A stretch of 64,000 nucleotides of DNA from a virus, in IMG/VR virus record IMGVR_UViG_3300044732_000704, positions 1 through 64,000 of that record; one strand, 5' to 3'. The notes beneath the pieces were generated by a model. It was not told the origin of the DNA, did no database searches, and was given only the letters and a program-made list of their open reading frames with translations. The translations under genes were made by a program, and so were the position numbers. Positions 30,802 to 39,832 of this stretch are shown here, in pieces; position 1 is the first letter of the stretch; every line of letters begins with the position of its first letter.

Positions 30802-31017
30802 TTACTCCTCCACTTGAATAAAATGTTCATCAACAACACTCTTATACATGTAATGACAAGATTGTTGATTGTTTTTAGGTGTATACAGCTCAGGGACGTA
30901 GGCAGATTCTTTTCCTACGTAGAAATCATACACATCTCCAGCCTTAAACGCTGGAATATTCCCACTTTCCTCAGATTCATTGAGCATCCAGAAATCTTCA
31001 ATACATTTAAATTTCAT
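30802..31017 (-). CDS. Hypothetical protein
   Basis: GGAG RBS. Confidence 0.6.
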   Translation of the reverse strand: MKFKCIEDFWMLNESEESGNIPAFKAGDVYDFYVGKESAYVPELYTPKNNQQSCHYMYKSVVDEHFIQVEE

Positions 31018-31408
31018 TGTTTGTCTCCAAATCTTTCTGCTATACGTTCACGGTTTAATCGCAATGCTTCTTGTGTAACAGTATACCCACCTAAGAATTT
31101 ATTGTCAATACCTTCAATTAAATCTTTACGTTCTACTTGCTGAATTTTATATCCACGATTACGCCACTCACCACACAGTAATTCGTATCTATCAGCGAGC
31201 CATTGTAACTTATCAGCGAAATGAGTCATGTGTCCTGTACCAAGCGTATACTCTTGTGGTTGTTTCTTCAGACGTTTGAAGTTGTAGTAATTTACACCAG
31301 TACCTTTCCAATTCTTTACAAGAGTGAATACACGGGGTAATTCACGTATTCGGCAAGTAAATGTTGTCTGGCCAACTCTACTGGTTCTACGGTGTTTATA
31401 CGTGTAAT
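31014..31408 (-). pseudogene. denV: Pyrimidine-dimer glycosylase (T4 endonuclease V), ATT start and 1-nt frameshift
   Basis: (I)TRINTVEPVELARQHLLAEY / RELPRVF...LGTGHMTHFADKL aligns with T4 DenV; frameshift at about 31346-31348. Confidence 0.85.
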
Positions 31409-31418
31409 AAATCTCTCC

Positions 31419-32237
31419 TTATTTAATCCAATTATTTACTATTTCTTCGTAGAAAGGTTGCCAAGTTACCTCATCGAAGAAATCATCTATTTCAGTGAGT
31501 ATAACAAAGTTTTCGTGATGTTTCAATCCAGCATCAATCTTTACATCATTCGGATATACATTTAAAAGTGAGATAGGTTTTATTTCCACTATTGTATGGT
31601 AATTAGGTAAATAAAAATCCGGAAAGTAATGGTGAATTCTCCCATCAGCGGCCATGTAAGGCACTGCAAATTCTTTATTCGCTGCTGATATTACCTCAAT
31701 ATTAAACTTTTTACAAAACAACAAGAATTTTTCCTCATAAGATGACCTGAAGTAGATAGCGTCAACCCTGCCGCTCTTGTGCCAAGATTTTATATCAACT
31801 GCAACGTGAATACTCCTATCTAAATCTGGGTCAGAGTAACGTCTTAGCATAGTCTCTCTTAACCAATCTTTGGTCTTTTGAGTATGTTTATTAGTGCCAT
31901 TTATTTTCCTGTTTTCGGCAATCTTCTTACTATGTTCTGCACTTCTTGGGTCTTTTGGTCTATTTTTAGCAGCTAAAGAAATAGCTTCTTTTACTTCAAG
32001 CAATTGTGCTACATTTTCTACACCATACCTCTCAAGCATAGTGGATCTCAACTTTGCTTGTTTTGCTTTCTGGTCTGTATTCCTTATCCTTTTCTCTATT
32101 GTCTCTTTTGATTGTTTTCTACCAAGACAGGGGTTAGGTTTTGATTTTCTATATAGTGATCTGCACTCATCCGAACAAAACCTAGAGCGTGGTTTAAAAT
32201 GCTCAGTGCCACACCATTCACAGAAATACTTTTTCAT
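31419..32237 (-). CDS. Free-standing homing endonuclease (Zn finger + NUMOD3-like + PD-(D/E)xK)
   Basis: CEWC/FCSDEC; FRSSYE...YFPDF...VEIKP. Confidence 0.8.
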   Translation of the reverse strand: MKKYFCEWCGTEHFKPRSRFCSDECRSLYRKSKPNPCLGRKQSKETIEKRIRNTDQKAKQAKLRSTMLERYGVENVAQLLEVKEAISLAAKNRPKDPRSAEHSKKIAENRKINGTNKHTQKTKDWLRETMLRRYSDPDLDRSIHVAVDIKSWHKSGRVDAIYFRSSYEEKFLLFCKKFNIEVISAANKEFAVPYMAADGRIHHYFPDFYLPNYHTIVEIKPISLLNVYPNDVKIDAGLKHHENFVILTEIDDFFDEVTWQPFYEEIVNNWIK

Positions 32238-32347
32238 TTAAACCCCTTAATTTTAAAAAGGTATTCAACAATCATTTTGACTTGATGCACTTTGTTATGA
32301 TCATAGGCAGCTTCAATTGGACATTTGTTGGTGTAAAACACGTTCAT
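32234..32347 (-). pseudogene. 5' stub of a second pyrimidine-dimer glycosylase family gene
   Basis: MNVFYTNKCPIEAAYDHNKVHQVKMIVEY matches the MNIF...H..KM..E N-terminus of that family; truncated at the endonuclease. Confidence 0.7.
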
Positions 32348-32379
32348 AAGATTCTCCACAATCTGCTTCAATAAGAGCT

Positions 32380-32407
32380 ATTTTACACGAATGAGTGGTG
32401 ATGTCAA
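32380..32407 (-). promoter_or_regulatory. sigma70-type promoter
   Basis: TTGACA-16 bp-TAAAAT. Confidence 0.6.
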
Positions 32408-32427
32408 TAGCAAATTGCAGATAAAAG

Positions 32428-32450
32428 AAAGCCCAGCGAATGCTGGGCTT
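32428..32450 (-). terminator. Intrinsic terminator
   Basis: AAGCCCAGC-ATTC-GCTGGGCTTT; identical copy at about 33310. Confidence 0.8.
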
Positions 32451-32457
32451 GTGTGTG

Positions 32458-32823
32458 TTACTCTACTTTAGTATCAGCTTGGTTGATAGCACTCTGAATC
32501 TCAGCAACAAACTCTTTACACTTAATCAATGCTTGATGTTCCTTCTGTTTCATCAAAGCTAAAGCACCTTCCTGAACAGTGTCAATGTTTGCTACAATCC
32601 ATTCCAGCAAACACTTATTAAAAGCTGCGTCAGTCTCCCAGTAATTTTGACCACCCGTTTGATATTGACCACAACGAACAAGCTTGATTGCTGAATGGTC
32701 AACAGAGATAGCGAAACTGTCTCCGCCCATACGACCACCACCACGTTTCTGCATAGTAGCCCAACGATCCGCTGTCTCGTAATTCCGTTTTGCTTCCAAA
32801 TAATCTTGATATACTTTACTCAT
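32458..32823 (-). CDS. Hypothetical protein
   Basis: AGGAGG RBS. Confidence 0.7.
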   Translation of the reverse strand: MSKVYQDYLEAKRNYETADRWATMQKRGGGRMGGDSFAISVDHSAIKLVRCGQYQTGGQNYWETDAAFNKCLLEWIVANIDTVQEGALALMKQKEHQALIKCKEFVAEIQSAINQADTKVE

Positions 32824-32870
32824 TTAAAACCTCCTACAACAGCCTATCGGCTGGCAGCAAACATTGCTAC

Positions 32871-32956
32871 AATCGTCTACAATCAATTATCTGTGTTCAC
32901 CCACATCAACACACCCTTTCACCTAAATAATCGCTTAGAATGAACCCTAGAGCGTT
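32871..32956 (+). repeat. Dispersed ~85-bp element, copy B
   Basis: CTACAATCAATTAT at 32877 and CCTAGAGCGTT at 32946. Confidence 0.8.
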
Positions 32957-32990
32957 TTAGAGAGGAATAGGGTGCTTGTCGGAATGTTTA

Positions 32991-33221
32991 TCATTCCACC
33001 TCCATCAAAGTGTCTTTCCAATCCATCCCTTCAAGGTCTACTTTAACCACTAAATGACTCCACTGCTCCCAATCGTAACACCACCCAAGATCATCATAGA
33101 ACATAGGTTTCTGGTTGGAAGCATAAACATTACCTTCTTTTGATGTAACTAAATATTTAGTATCGTCGGTGACGTTAATCAGAACACCGAAGTAGTTTAC
33201 TGTTTTTCCTAGTAATTTCAT
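32991..33221 (-). CDS. Hypothetical protein
   Basis: GAGGAG RBS; promoter TTGACG-17-TAGAAT at 33252-33280. Confidence 0.65.
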   Translation of the reverse strand: MKLLGKTVNYFGVLINVTDDTKYLVTSKEGNVYASNQKPMFYDDLGWCYDWEQWSHLVVKVDLEGMDWKDTLMEVE

Positions 33222-33307
33222 CTCAATCTCCTCATTTGTTTCAATAGATACATTCTAATGCACATTATCTTGTGCGTCAAGCATTATTTCACTTTATTTT
33301 AGGCAAT

Positions 33308-33332
33308 AAAAAGCCCAGCGAATGCTGGGCTT
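33308..33332 (-). terminator. Intrinsic terminator
   Basis: Same stem as 32428, with U-tract. Confidence 0.8.
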
Positions 33333-33338
33333 AGGTGT

Positions 33339-33563
33339 TTATAAATTTGGATCAGTTAAAGCAGCTAGTGTTCGATCTAGCTCATAAGCTGTAATCAACT
33401 CACACAGTTTAATTCTAGGGCAATAACTGTAATAAGCTACAGTGAACCCCGTCTGTCTAGACATGAGGGATACACAGTGTTGTACATGGTCTAAATCCAT
33501 GTCAGCAATCAGTAGCTTTCTCCCATCACGAGTGTTCCAGTATGTGTTTTGTGGGGTGTTCAT
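33339..33563 (-). CDS. Hypothetical protein
   Basis: WxTRDGR..IADMxxxH motif common in phage proteins. Confidence 0.6.
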   Translation of the reverse strand: MNTPQNTYWNTRDGRKLLIADMDLDHVQHCVSLMSRQTGFTVAYYSYCPRIKLCELITAYELDRTLAALTDPNL

Positions 33564-34858
33564 AGCTCAGCACCTTTCGTTCTAACAACACAATTATTCC
33601 CACCAACAACCACTTCGTAAGCACGTTCCATAATCTTCACTGCCTTATCCTTGTATTTCTCCTGAACAATGATACTATCATGTATTGGGATCATGATCTG
33701 GTCGTCAGACAACACACGTTCAATAATATAATCCATCATCGTAGATTCTATAGCCATGAGGTCTAATGCACTATCACTAAAGAAATACGTGTTCACATAA
33801 TCATTTCTTTCAAGTAATGCTTCCACAACACGTCTTGCTACAGGGAAGTCAGGCCATTGACCTTCGTCCTTCGCTTGGTCAATCTGTTCTTTCAACCACT
33901 TCTGGTTCATTTCTTTGATTAGAGCAAACGTAGCACCTTCTTCGTCTTTACAGTTGAATAAACACATCAGACCAACCTTAGCCAATGAACGTACCACAGA
34001 AGGTTTATAACCTGATATAGTGATTCCATACGGGTCAAAGGACTTATCCAGTGTAACACCAACTAAATCAGCGGCAATCCGAGGAAACAATTGTCCATAA
34101 TCGCACTCAACTGTAGGTTCTCCGTTTATTTCCAGTTTAATACGTTGCTCACGATTAATCATATCACTTAATCCTGCACCAGACATATACACCCTCCCAC
34201 CTTCGTTAAAAGAACCATTGTTGTAAATCTTCTTAACTTGCACAGAATACTTATTATCCTCGATTCTAAACTCAGAGTCAACAAGTTTATAGTTAAATTT
34301 AGTTAAGAGTCTTACTAACTCTTTCTGTCTTTCCGGTAAACGTTTAGCTAACACATTACCTTTAGAATCTCTTACCTCAAGAACTGATTCATTTACAATA
34401 TCAATCTTATTCACAATAGAGTCTATCTCACTAATCCAGTGATCAGGGATCTCAATGTAGCTTGTCTCCCATGTCTTAGCTACCACTTTCTTTATAACAC
34501 CATCCCATTCCCAAGAGGTAACACCACCTTTGTAGAGGTTAAAATCATCCTGAGATGTAATGAAGTTAATCAGCACCTTCATATACGTGTAGCTAACCTT
34601 TCTACCTGTGTTGTTACCATTGTAGATAGCCGGTAATGAGTATACTGTCTGATCTAGTGCAACAGAGAACTTAGTCTGTTTCCTCTTAACTGCGTTGGCT
34701 ATGTTCAACACAAAGCACTTACACACCTTGTCTATTAAATCAAGCTTGTGTTTAGTAATCTTTATACCACTGAACTGGGTTAAGTATTTAACTAAACCAT
34801 TCTTTATCTTATCACTAAATGGTAGTAATTTCTTGTTAATCTTGTAGTCTAATATCAT
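33560..34858 (-). CDS. Minimal PolA/T7-RNAP superfamily polymerase-like protein
   Basis: GGRVY; INGEPTVECDY (motif A); RSLAK (motif B); IPIHDS (motif C); no exonuclease domain. Confidence 0.7.
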   Translation of the reverse strand: MILDYKINKKLLPFSDKIKNGLVKYLTQFSGIKITKHKLDLIDKVCKCFVLNIANAVKRKQTKFSVALDQTVYSLPAIYNGNNTGRKVSYTYMKVLINFITSQDDFNLYKGGVTSWEWDGVIKKVVAKTWETSYIEIPDHWISEIDSIVNKIDIVNESVLEVRDSKGNVLAKRLPERQKELVRLLTKFNYKLVDSEFRIEDNKYSVQVKKIYNNGSFNEGGRVYMSGAGLSDMINREQRIKLEINGEPTVECDYGQLFPRIAADLVGVTLDKSFDPYGITISGYKPSVVRSLAKVGLMCLFNCKDEEGATFALIKEMNQKWLKEQIDQAKDEGQWPDFPVARRVVEALLERNDYVNTYFFSDSALDLMAIESTMMDYIIERVLSDDQIMIPIHDSIIVQEKYKDKAVKIMERAYEVVVGGNNCVVRTKGAEL

Positions 34859-35223
34859 TAAATAACCCTTCTAATACTCCAATAAAAAGACAAAGGCTTC
34901 GCCTTTCAAGCTACAGCTTCTCTGTATAAGTGAAAACTTAATAAAAATACCCCTACAAGCCTTGTCCTGTAAGGGTTTTATACATAGTTTAGCTTCTAAT
35001 TTTCCTCAAACACTTCCCACATCGTTTCAAGATGTTCGATTACTTCTTCCAGATGTTCCTGACTATCAATTTCCAGATAGATACTTCCATCAATAAACAT
35101 CAAAGTTTTCACCACATCATCAATACGAATCTTCATAGTATTCCTCCATTACTTGCTAATACACCCTTAAGTGTAACATAGATACCTTGTTTGTCTAATA
35201 ACGTTTTGGAATAAGAAAACGTG

Positions 35224-35442
35224 TTAACTAAACAAATATTCCTCAATATCACAAGTTAATATGTCACAAAGATAACTCTTAATCTCTGTCATCTCACTCC
35301 ACAACTTCTTAGCTTTATGTTTATCATTAGCTAAAATAGCTCCTGAAAGCTTAGACACCAATCCAAGCTGTACACGATACATCCCAGACAGGATGATTAG
35401 TTCTTCTAATGCTTCAGCAGGAGCTTTGTTATTATTCAACAA
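35224..35442 (-). CDS. Hypothetical protein
   Basis: In operon. Confidence 0.55.
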   Translation of the reverse strand: MLNNNKAPAEALEELIILSGMYRVQLGLVSKLSGAILANDKHKAKKLWSEMTEIKSYLCDILTCDIEEYLFS

Positions 35443-35845
35443 TATCTACCCAATTCATAGTTGATACATTTTGACCATAGACACCACCGTAGAAGTAGTT
35501 ATCATCCGGCCAAGATAAATTACCTCCGTAATAACCGTTTGACGAGTTTCGATAGTCAATCACTATTTCACCTTTGGTTGTCGTGATGGAGCAACCATAT
35601 ACTTGTAAACAATCATATTCTGGGTGATTGTCGTCTGAGCCAGATAACTCTAAATCAGCAAAACCTAACACTAATGCAGGAAAGCCCAGCGCAGGTAACT
35701 CAACGTGTTCTATCCAAGTATGTGAACAACAACCAGCATCAACTTTAACAATATGGTCTCCATCGACACACTTAAACAACAACGCTTCCTTATCGTCAGC
35801 AATCATAATTTTGACAATTGTCTTACCAACCAAGAAATCACTCAT
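35432..35845 (-). CDS. Conserved phage protein (CCS...SNGYYG)
   Basis: GCCSHTW and SSNGYYGG motifs. Confidence 0.65.
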   Translation of the reverse strand: MSDFLVGKTIVKIMIADDKEALLFKCVDGDHIVKVDAGCCSHTWIEHVELPALGFPALVLGFADLELSGSDDNHPEYDCLQVYGCSITTTKGEIVIDYRNSSNGYYGGNLSWPDDNYFYGGVYGQNVSTMNWVDIVE

Positions 35846-36132
35846 TCCACTTTCTCCTTCTCTAATTGATCAATCTGTTCATAATTATACATATCTTCGT
35901 CGTAAGAGTCAATACGTAAAAGATTACATTCTCTATTAAAGTACCGCTCTCCATCAAGAACACCAAAAGCATTATCAAACTTCATTGGCTTATCCACTCG
36001 CCAATAATCTTTTAATCGGCTATCGGGTAACTGTCCAACGAAGTCACCAACTCTCACCACTTTACCAATGTTCTCAGAGCAACGTCCAGCAACAACAATA
36101 GCTAAACAACCTTTCTCGATTTTGTTATTCAT
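35842..36132 (-). CDS. Hypothetical protein
   Basis: GGAG RBS; promoter upstream. Confidence 0.6.
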   Translation of the reverse strand: MNNKIEKGCLAIVVAGRCSENIGKVVRVGDFVGQLPDSRLKDYWRVDKPMKFDNAFGVLDGERYFNRECNLLRIDSYDEDMYNYEQIDQLEKEKVE

Positions 36133-36287
36133 CTAAATTTCTCCATACGTTTGAACATGCAGCCACTTTACACACATGCACCTCTCATGTCAACCAGAAT
36201 CGTTTACGAATTTATTTAAAATTCTTGTTGATACAGGGAACAGATGAGCGTAGAGTTGTTCACATCGAAACGAATGAGGATTTACCG

Positions 36288-36662
36288 ATGACTACAAAGA
36301 AACCTGCAAATAAAACCACTAACCGGCATTCTGGCGATGACATCAAGATTGCTATGGCTTATGTAAGTAAAGCACGTTCCAGTAAAGATCGTGGTATTGA
36401 TTTCAATATCTCTTTTGTTAGCTTTAAGAATATGTGCAAAGCTAAGAAATGTTATTTCACAGGGTTGACATTGACAGCAGATACGTTTACAATCGACCGT
36501 ATTGATAGCAACAAGCCTTATGAAGCAGGGAATGTTGCAGCTTGTCATACAACGTTCAATAGTTTAAAGAGCATGATTGAGAATCCTGTAAATGACTTAG
36601 ATTTAGCTAAAACATTAAGAGGATTACAACGTACAGCGAAGCGGATTAAGGAGAACAAGTAA
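36288..36662 (+). CDS. HNH-fold protein
   Basis: KCYFTG...TIDRIDS...Y..GNV..C...N; GAGGA RBS before ATG 36288. Confidence 0.6.
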   Translation: MTTKKPANKTTNRHSGDDIKIAMAYVSKARSSKDRGIDFNISFVSFKNMCKAKKCYFTGLTLTADTFTIDRIDSNKPYEAGNVAACHTTFNSLKSMIENPVNDLDLAKTLRGLQRTAKRIKENK

Positions 36663-36925
36663 TGTTAATGCAAGAATACATTAAACTGAAGCATCAAGCT
36701 TGGAAAGCTGTTGAAGAAGGGAGATCTTATCATTACCGTTATGGTCAATCAGTATGGAACTTGCTTCCTAAAGAAGTTTCTGATAAGATTTATTCAACCA
36801 GTTACGACTTCTTTTATTGGCCTGACACTAACGCTTTTGAAATTGATAATATCTGTCATCGTTTGTGTGAAGATTGGGTAGATAAAGAAACATCGTTACT
36901 AATTGAGATTGGACATTCAATTTAA
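36662..36925 (+). CDS. Hypothetical protein
   Basis: RYGQ..WN motif; translationally coupled. Confidence 0.6.
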   Translation: MLMQEYIKLKHQAWKAVEEGRSYHYRYGQSVWNLLPKEVSDKIYSTSYDFFYWPDTNAFEIDNICHRLCEDWVDKETSLLIEIGHSI

Positions 36926-37052
36926 ACGCTCTAGGACTGTTCTTCCAGAACAGGCAGACAAAGCCATGCTTTGCTGTATTCATTCTAAGACGTTTTAACA
37001 GCTAAGCTATACGTTGGCTTAGGATAACATAAATAATCGCTCATAGAGCGTT
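36925..37052. repeat. Dispersed element, copy C (extended, 128 bp)
   Basis: Terminal inverted repeat AACGCTCTAGG...ATAGAGCGTT; AAATAATCGCT shared with copies B and E. Confidence 0.7.
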
Positions 37053-37065
37053 GTAGGAGGAATAA

Positions 37066-37485
37066 ATGAGTGTAGATGCTAAACTGTTTGTATGTGCTGG
37101 TAAAGAAGTGGCTTTGGATTTGTTAAGTAATGTATTGACTGTCATTAAAAATGAGTCTTTAGGGTTTTACGGTGGTCGTAGTAATGAGTATGAACCACAT
37201 TTTATGGGCAGTATTGCTAGTTTCTACATTGGTTTTAAATATCGTCCAGTAGGGTTAGACACCAGCTTTCAGAAGCGTCAATTATCTATCCACTTCGGTT
37301 GTGACTCTGATTATTCAGACACATATGAAGGTGATAAAGTAATCCTCAGCTTAGGTTGTTGGGGTAGTAGCGATGAAATTATGAAAACTTTAGCAAAAGA
37401 GCTTGCACAGTTTGGTGATGTGTATTATGATCATAACGATTGTGATACAGAAGATTTTGTTAAATTGTACAGCAAAGGAGAATAA
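37066..37485 (+). CDS. Hypothetical protein
   Basis: AGGAGG RBS. Confidence 0.7.
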   Translation: MSVDAKLFVCAGKEVALDLLSNVLTVIKNESLGFYGGRSNEYEPHFMGSIASFYIGFKYRPVGLDTSFQKRQLSIHFGCDSDYSDTYEGDKVILSLGCWGSSDEIMKTLAKELAQFGDVYYDHNDCDTEDFVKLYSKGE

Positions 37486-37633
37486 ATATGATTACCTTTA
37501 CATGGATTCTAATGATTGCAAATTTTTGGATCTCTTTAATACCTGAGAACACTTCCATGACCTTAAAAGTTGTTAACTTAATATGTGGGTTAAATTGCAT
37601 GGTGATGTTACTAAGCCATTACAAATTAATTTA

Positions 37634-37728
37634 AACGCAATAGGAAGCGTTCTAGGCCACGATAATTTATCCCAATACATTCGGATAGGATTAAGGAGAA
37701 AGTGGCTTAGAATTAATTGTAGAGCGTT
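37634..37728 (-). repeat. Dispersed element, copy D (inverted)
   Basis: Reverse complement reads AACGCTCTACAATTAATT...CGCTTCCTATTGCGTT, matching copy A. Confidence 0.7.
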
Positions 37729-37743
37729 ATAGAGCATGTTTGG

Positions 37744-37959
37744 ATGAGGAGAGGGATCGTGGTTAGATGTTTTCTAATACTGGTGGCTACATTATCATGT
37801 TTCACTGCAAACACAGCAACAACTGATTTTAAATATAAGAAAGTGGTTGACAAAGAGCTGAGAAGTCAGTACTATCGTGAATGTAAATTAGACAAGGGTG
37901 AAAACTGTCATATGTTTTCATTCAACAAAGCTGTTAAACTTGAAATTGTGGAGGGATAG
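37744..37959 (+). CDS. Small exported protein
   Basis: Signal-peptide-like N-terminus. Confidence 0.5.
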   Translation: MRRGIVVRCFLILVATLSCFTANTATTDFKYKKVVDKELRSQYYRECKLDKGENCHMFSFNKAVKLEIVEG

Positions 37960-37962
37960 AGA

Positions 37963-38361
37963 GTGAAGAAAGATAAATTGATTGCACTCTTACAACAGAT
38001 TGACGGTAATCCTGACATCTACCTGTGGAATGGTTTTGTTGATGATTGGGTTGACATTGAACCAAATCTGGTTAAAACAGAATTTGTCAAGCATAGTAAA
38101 AGTCACGTCGCAGGTTTAATTCGATTTCAGTATATGCAGCAAGTTGGGACGTTTGAATTAACTGAGCAACAAGAAGTGGAAGTATCTGTTATTGTGGAGA
38201 ATAGTTATAATAAACATTACAAAGCTTGGGATTTACCTAATCGTTTTGTAAGTGATGAACAGTTCAAACAGTGGTATGATAAAAAGAAAGTTGTCTATCT
38301 GATGAACACTAAAACCAAAGGTGTCACGTATTCCGATAGGATTGGAGACATGAGGTATTAA
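37963..38361 (+). CDS. Hypothetical protein
   Basis: GGAGG RBS. Confidence 0.65.
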   Translation: MKKDKLIALLQQIDGNPDIYLWNGFVDDWVDIEPNLVKTEFVKHSKSHVAGLIRFQYMQQVGTFELTEQQEVEVSVIVENSYNKHYKAWDLPNRFVSDEQFKQWYDKKKVVYLMNTKTKGVTYSDRIGDMRY

Positions 38362-38565
38362 CATGAACAGAAAGAATACAATTAAATACATTCATCCCAT
38401 AGTAGGTGAAGTGTGGATTGATAAGAAAACAACAGCAGTTGAATTGTATTCTGAAAAAGAATATGATAAACTGAATGAGTTGATTCAGACGGAATACAAG
38501 AAATGTTATGGGAACTTAGTTCCTGTTGTTGAACGATAGAATATTTAAACTTAAAGGAGAATATT

Positions 38566-39195
38566 ATGAAACCATTTAATACATTAAACCAAATCGAACT
38601 GGCTACTCTGACAGATGAACAAGTGCAAGAATATGTTGACTATGCTTGTGCTGAGAAAGGAATTCCGTCAGTGTTCACAGTGATTGAACAACCAGAATCG
38701 TTGAAATCGCAATCTGACATTACACTGATGAGTTTTTCAGAATTTGTTGTAGACGAAGAAACTGGTAAGAAGATTGCTCAAATCTTGGCTGATTCTAATC
38801 AGTATAGGAAAGAATACAATAGTAATGCTTATGAAATTACAACAGCGGATTACTACACTGTTAAACCAAAGCTAATTCGCACTAAGTCACCACAGCTTGT
38901 TGCTAAAGAGGCTGTTGAGAATGCTAAACTTACTCGTGAGTGGAAAGCATATAATGAAGCTTCTGAAGTTCAGAGCCAAGCCATGAATGACCGTCAGAAA
39001 TTGATTGATGAATTATATGATACGATTTACGAAGCACGTTCATTTGTTAATAAGAAAGACTCACTGATTTCTGCATACGATAAGTATCTGTCTATGGCAG
39101 GCGGTGATCGAGAAATCGCTACACGATTCTTTGAGAACACGTATAGTGCTACACAATATGAATTAATCCGAGATTACATTTTAGGAAATGTTTAA
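38566..39195 (+). CDS. Hypothetical protein
   Basis: AAGGAG RBS. Confidence 0.7.
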   Translation: MKPFNTLNQIELATLTDEQVQEYVDYACAEKGIPSVFTVIEQPESLKSQSDITLMSFSEFVVDEETGKKIAQILADSNQYRKEYNSNAYEITTADYYTVKPKLIRTKSPQLVAKEAVENAKLTREWKAYNEASEVQSQAMNDRQKLIDELYDTIYEARSFVNKKDSLISAYDKYLSMAGGDREIATRFFENTYSATQYELIRDYILGNV

Positions 39196-39216
39196 ATTTA
39201 TATCTAATATTCCAAT

Positions 39217-39241
39217 AGCCCGCATTAGCGGGCATTGTTTT
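39217..39241 (+). terminator. Intrinsic terminator
   Basis: GCCCGC-ATTA-GCGGGC followed by a T-rich tail. Confidence 0.7.
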
Positions 39242-39536
39242 ATGTAGGAAATGATCAATCCGTCATTTCAATCTGCACGGATAAATTTAGAAATTGAGAA
39301 TAATTTAGTTGGAATGTTGACAGATGCAGGTAGAACTCGTTAAGGAATTCAGTGCAAAACTCGACCATTAAAATACGCATCGGCAACTTTTTCATTCTAT
39401 CCTCGACACGAAAATAGTTGGAAAATCAACAAGTAATGATTGAAATCCCATTCAATATCCCACACGATCACTAACCCAGTGATTGCATCACTATCAATTC
39501 AGCCAGCAACACAGCCAGAAAATTCCAGCAAACGCA

Positions 39537-39555
39537 AATGGGAATGATTCTCAAT
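39537..39555. promoter_or_regulatory. Fur-box-like site
   Basis: AATGGGAATGATTCTCAAT; 2 mismatches to AATGA(T/G)AATNATT(A/C)TCATT. Confidence 0.6.
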
Positions 39556-39567
39556 AACAAACAACAC

Positions 39568-39628
39568 TGTCGATAAATTTTACACACGCTGTAATGAAAG
39601 TTGACATAGCCTGTCAAAATAATTTACA
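39568..39628. repeat. Three 17-bp TGT-N11-ACA palindromes at a 22-bp period
   Basis: Starts at 39568, 39590 and 39612; a fourth copy at 39704. Confidence 0.7.
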
Positions 39629-39832
39629 CGATAAATAAATACATAAAAGCTATTGACAAAGCTTGTTAGCTTGTGTTATTCGCGTATACGTTCATTTACA
39701 AGGCGTCAAATAAATTGACAAACAATTCAGCCAGTGGAAATAATTTAAAATAAATAGAAATAAAGCTTGTGTTATGTTTTAGCTGTGATAGATTGAACGT
39801 ATTGAAACAACACAAAGCAAGGTAGAAACAAG

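Noticed and set aside
29745-30839. Complete IS200/IS605 element, or catalytically dead TnpB (TldR)
   Set aside because: No TnpA or left end is visible. Both RuvC Asp residues and the alternative Glu are present, so inactivity is not supported.
32181-32190. CCTAGAGCGT as a sixth copy of the dispersed element
   Set aside because: It lies inside a CDS and lacks the partner arm 68 bp away.
31346-32262. Intron joining the glycosylase stub to denV across the endonuclease
   Set aside because: No group I or II core is visible and there is no non-coding space for one; denV keeps its own N-terminus and RBS.
38366-38376. 11-nt match (AACAGAAAGAA) to the predicted TnpB guide, as a self-target
   Set aside because: Short and A-rich, and it diverges immediately; compatible with chance.
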